NCBI GenBank assembly: GCA_002296185.1 | Contig: DBHM01000027.1 | Location: 1 to 59,006, forward strand | Direction of reading: 5' to 3' | Origin: Alphaproteobacteria bacterium UBA828 | GTDB lineage: Bacteria; Pseudomonadota; Alphaproteobacteria; UBA828 | DNA: 59,006 nucleotides | Shown: piece after piece, positions 56,875 to 59,006 of the stretch | How positions within the stretch are numbered: position 1 is the stretch's first letter | How the letters are laid out: every line of letters begins with the position of its first letter | Position numbers and translations under genes: made by a program | The notes under the pieces: generated by a model | What the model was told of the DNA's origin: nothing | What the model saw: the letters and a program-made list of their open reading frames with translations, nothing else | Database searches by the model: none

Positions 56875-57449
56875 TATAAAAGTCCTAAAATAAAAAATGT
56901 TGCTACAACAGTTACTAGTACGAGGGTGAGAAATAATCCAAAATTTTGCCCAAGTAATTTCTTTATTGATGGTCCAAAATACCAAAGCAGGGCAGCTACT
57001 AAAAAAAACCGTAACCCTCTACCCGCCATAGAGGCAATAAAAAATATCCATGGGTCCAGGTGTAGTGCTCCACTGGCTATTGTAACCAGCTTATAGGGTA
57101 GGGGGGTTACTCCGCCTGCTGCTACTATCCAACCTCCCCAATCATTATAGTATTCTTCGAAGAGTAATAGCTTGTCTTGGTATCCATAGAAATCAACTAG
57201 TGGTTGACCAAACACACCAAAAAGATAGTACCCGAGCAAATAGCCTACAAATCCCCCGGCAACTGAGGATACAGAGCAAATAGCCGCTACCATCCATGCT
57301 TTATTTCTAGATGCTAGTATAATTGGAATCAGGAGAACATCTGGTGGAATGGGAAATACCGAGCTTTCCACGAAGGCCACTGCTGATAAAATCCACAAAG
57401 CAGATTTTTTATTAGATTGCTTAATAGTCCATTCGTAGAGTTGTCTCAT
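56874..57449 (-). CDS. DedA/YqaA family membrane protein
   Basis: AFVESSVFPIPPD, SVAGG..GY, TPLPYKL.TIASG, RGLRFF. Confidence 0.92.
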   Translation of the reverse strand: MRQLYEWTIKQSNKKSALWILSAVAFVESSVFPIPPDVLLIPIILASRNKAWMVAAICSVSSVAGGFVGYLLGYYLFGVFGQPLVDFYGYQDKLLLFEEYYNDWGGWIVAAGGVTPLPYKLVTIASGALHLDPWIFFIASMAGRGLRFFLVAALLWYFGPSIKKLLGQNFGLFLTLVLVTVVATFFILGLL

Positions 57450-57580
57450 GCATGATAATCCATATTTTAGATATTAGCTGTCAATAAATTAATAGATTAG
57501 TAAGAAATTTTTGTTTATTCACAAACCTTTTACGTTTAAGCATGTCTTGCTAATGTAGTTAAGTGATTCACAGAATAAGT

Positions 57581-57667
57581 GCCCCTGTGGCGGAATTGGT
57601 AGACGCGGCAGACTCAAAATCTGCTCCGGGTAACTGGGTGGGGGTTCGAGTCCCTCCAGGGGCACCA
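57581..57667 (+). tRNA. tRNA-Leu (anticodon CAA)
   Basis: Acceptor GCCCCTG/CAGGGGC, D-loop TTGGTAGAC, anticodon arm GCAGA-CTCAAAA-TCTGC, long variable arm, GGTTCGAGTCC, encoded CCA. Confidence 0.98.
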
Positions 57668-57748
57668 TGAGTTGAGAGGATAAGTTATTCATCTATGTTT
57701 TGTGTTTCTTTAAAATCACTATCTAGAAAAGATAATAAATTATAAAAA

Positions 57749-58663
57749 ATGAGATTTAGATTTCAATCAAGTGCTTGGAAACCATCTGAGCCAAATATTC
57801 TTCGCGGAATATTGCTGATGTGCGTGACAGCAATTATTATGTTTCCGCTTCTAAACGCGACTGTAAAATTTCTAGTTACAGATTTTAACGTATGGCAAAT
57901 AGTCTGGGTGAGATCAATAGCTCATTTTGGAGTTATGGCAATATTTTTTATGCCAAAAATGGGTCCTATTGGTTTATTTCGCACCGCTCATCCAATATAC
58001 CAGGGACTTAGGTCTGTATTTCAATTATTGGCAATGCTCCTTTATTTTTCAGCTCTTGAGAAAATATCATTACCTACAGTAACAGCTATAGGTTTTACTG
58101 CACCTCTAATGGTTGTCGCTTTTTCGGTGCCTATACTTGGCGAGCATGTTGGTTTTAGAAGGTGGGGAGCAGTAATAATTGGTTTTATTGGTGCCCTAAT
58201 AATTATACGGCCTGGATCAGACCTGACTGATTGGGCTGTCTTTTACGTTCTTGCAGGTGCTTTTTGCTATGCAGTTTATCAAGCTTTAACTCGAAAAGTC
58301 TCTGAGAAAGATGCGCCTGGTATAACAGCTATTTATACTGTTTTATTAGCGCTTATAGTTTCTAGTATTTTTGCACCTTTTGATCTTAATATGCCAATGA
58401 ATTTAGAGCATTGGCTTGCATTTATTGGTTTGGGGCTATTTGGGGCTATAGGACATTTTTTTCTTATTAAGGCTTATAGCTTAGCTGAAGCATCTATAAT
58501 TTCTCCATTCGATTATGGCCAGCTGATCGGAGCAGCAATTATAGGTTATATGGTTTGGGGTGATTTTCCAGACTTATGGACTTGGATTGGTGCTGGTATT
58601 TTAATTTTGAGTGGTATTTATATTACTCGATATGAAGGTATAAATAAAAAAGATCTAAAATAA
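57749..58663 (+). CDS. DMT/EamA family transporter
   Basis: About 10 TM helices with internal duplication; ILGEHVGFRRW..V..GF.G, ASIISPFDY. Confidence 0.92.
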   Translation: MRFRFQSSAWKPSEPNILRGILLMCVTAIIMFPLLNATVKFLVTDFNVWQIVWVRSIAHFGVMAIFFMPKMGPIGLFRTAHPIYQGLRSVFQLLAMLLYFSALEKISLPTVTAIGFTAPLMVVAFSVPILGEHVGFRRWGAVIIGFIGALIIIRPGSDLTDWAVFYVLAGAFCYAVYQALTRKVSEKDAPGITAIYTVLLALIVSSIFAPFDLNMPMNLEHWLAFIGLGLFGAIGHFFLIKAYSLAEASIISPFDYGQLIGAAIIGYMVWGDFPDLWTWIGAGILILSGIYITRYEGINKKDLK

Positions 58664-58747
58664 TTAATATAAAGTGCAAATTAAGGACTAGTTATTTTAC
58701 CAAAAAAACAGCATTATTTTATAATCGAAAAATATAGAGATTTAATT

Positions 58748-59006
58748 TTGATAAATTACTATAAAAAAAATATTGCTGTATTTTTTATATTTATGGCAAT
58801 GATGATGGGAGTGAACATGAGTTCAGCAGAAGCTAATTCGGTGACAGCCGAGAATACTTTGGTTATGGAGTTAAAAAACGGGAGTGTCACAATAGAAATG
58901 CTTCCTGAAATCGCCCCTAATCATGTTATGAGAATTAAGGAATTAGTTAAAGATAAGTTTTATGACGGGCTATTATTTCATCGAGTAATAGATGGATTTA
59001 TGGCTC
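58748..59006 (+). CDS. Cyclophilin-type peptidyl-prolyl isomerase, secreted, 3' truncated
   Basis: Not in the track (no stop). TTG 58748 gives MINYYKKNIAVFFIFMAMMMGVNMSSAEA (signal peptide), then APNHV.RIKEL...FYDGLLFHRVIDGFMA. Confidence 0.9.
   Translation, partial: MINYYKKNIAVFFIFMAMMMGVNMSSAEANSVTAENTLVMELKNGSVTIEMLPEIAPNHVMRIKELVKDKFYDGLLFHRVIDGFMA

Noticed and set aside
57581-59006. tRNA-Leu as an integration site
   Set aside because: No integrase, no duplicated tRNA 3' end and no compositional shift in the flanks.
1-59006. CRISPR arrays, IS elements, prophage or long direct repeats
   Set aside because: None seen by eye; almost all sequence is explained by coding genes. A self-dotplot would confirm.

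Overview
AT-rich, tightly packed alphaproteobacterial chromosome segment (RegB/RegA, Coq7, cob-type B12 genes and gene order point to a Rhodospirillales-like, probably streamlined organism; this is inference). Layout: 3' end of gyrB; a ~23 kb de novo cobalamin cluster (989-24375) mixing early-insertion markers (cbiX, cbiD, CbiG domain) with late-insertion genes (cobN, cobW), containing a SCO1/SenC gene, a signal-peptide-less BtuF-like gene and a cobalamin riboswitch; an ABC-2 exporter; regB-regA; gmd-fcl-gmhB-gmhA; a YwrD/HpxW-type GGT homolog beside an oxalate-CoA ligase/PanE2 pair; then core genes (phbB, metXW, chorismate mutase-hisC-tyrC, chaC, plsC, lysA, argH, hbd, etfAB, pduO, gluQ, coq7, dsbB, dedA), tRNA-Leu(CAA), an EamA transporter and a truncated cyclophilin. 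No mobile element, integrase or CRISPR array was seen. The strongest unexplained signal is cobD (cbiB). It is inverted inside the minus-strand cob run and uses no TTA/CTA/TCA codon after codon 4, so its antisense strand is a 343-codon in-register ORF. That ORF overlaps the end of cobQ and, through an 18-aa ORF with a strong SD, leads into cbiX: a candidate translated bridge in a noncontiguous operon. All product calls come from motif recognition by eye; no database searches were run.
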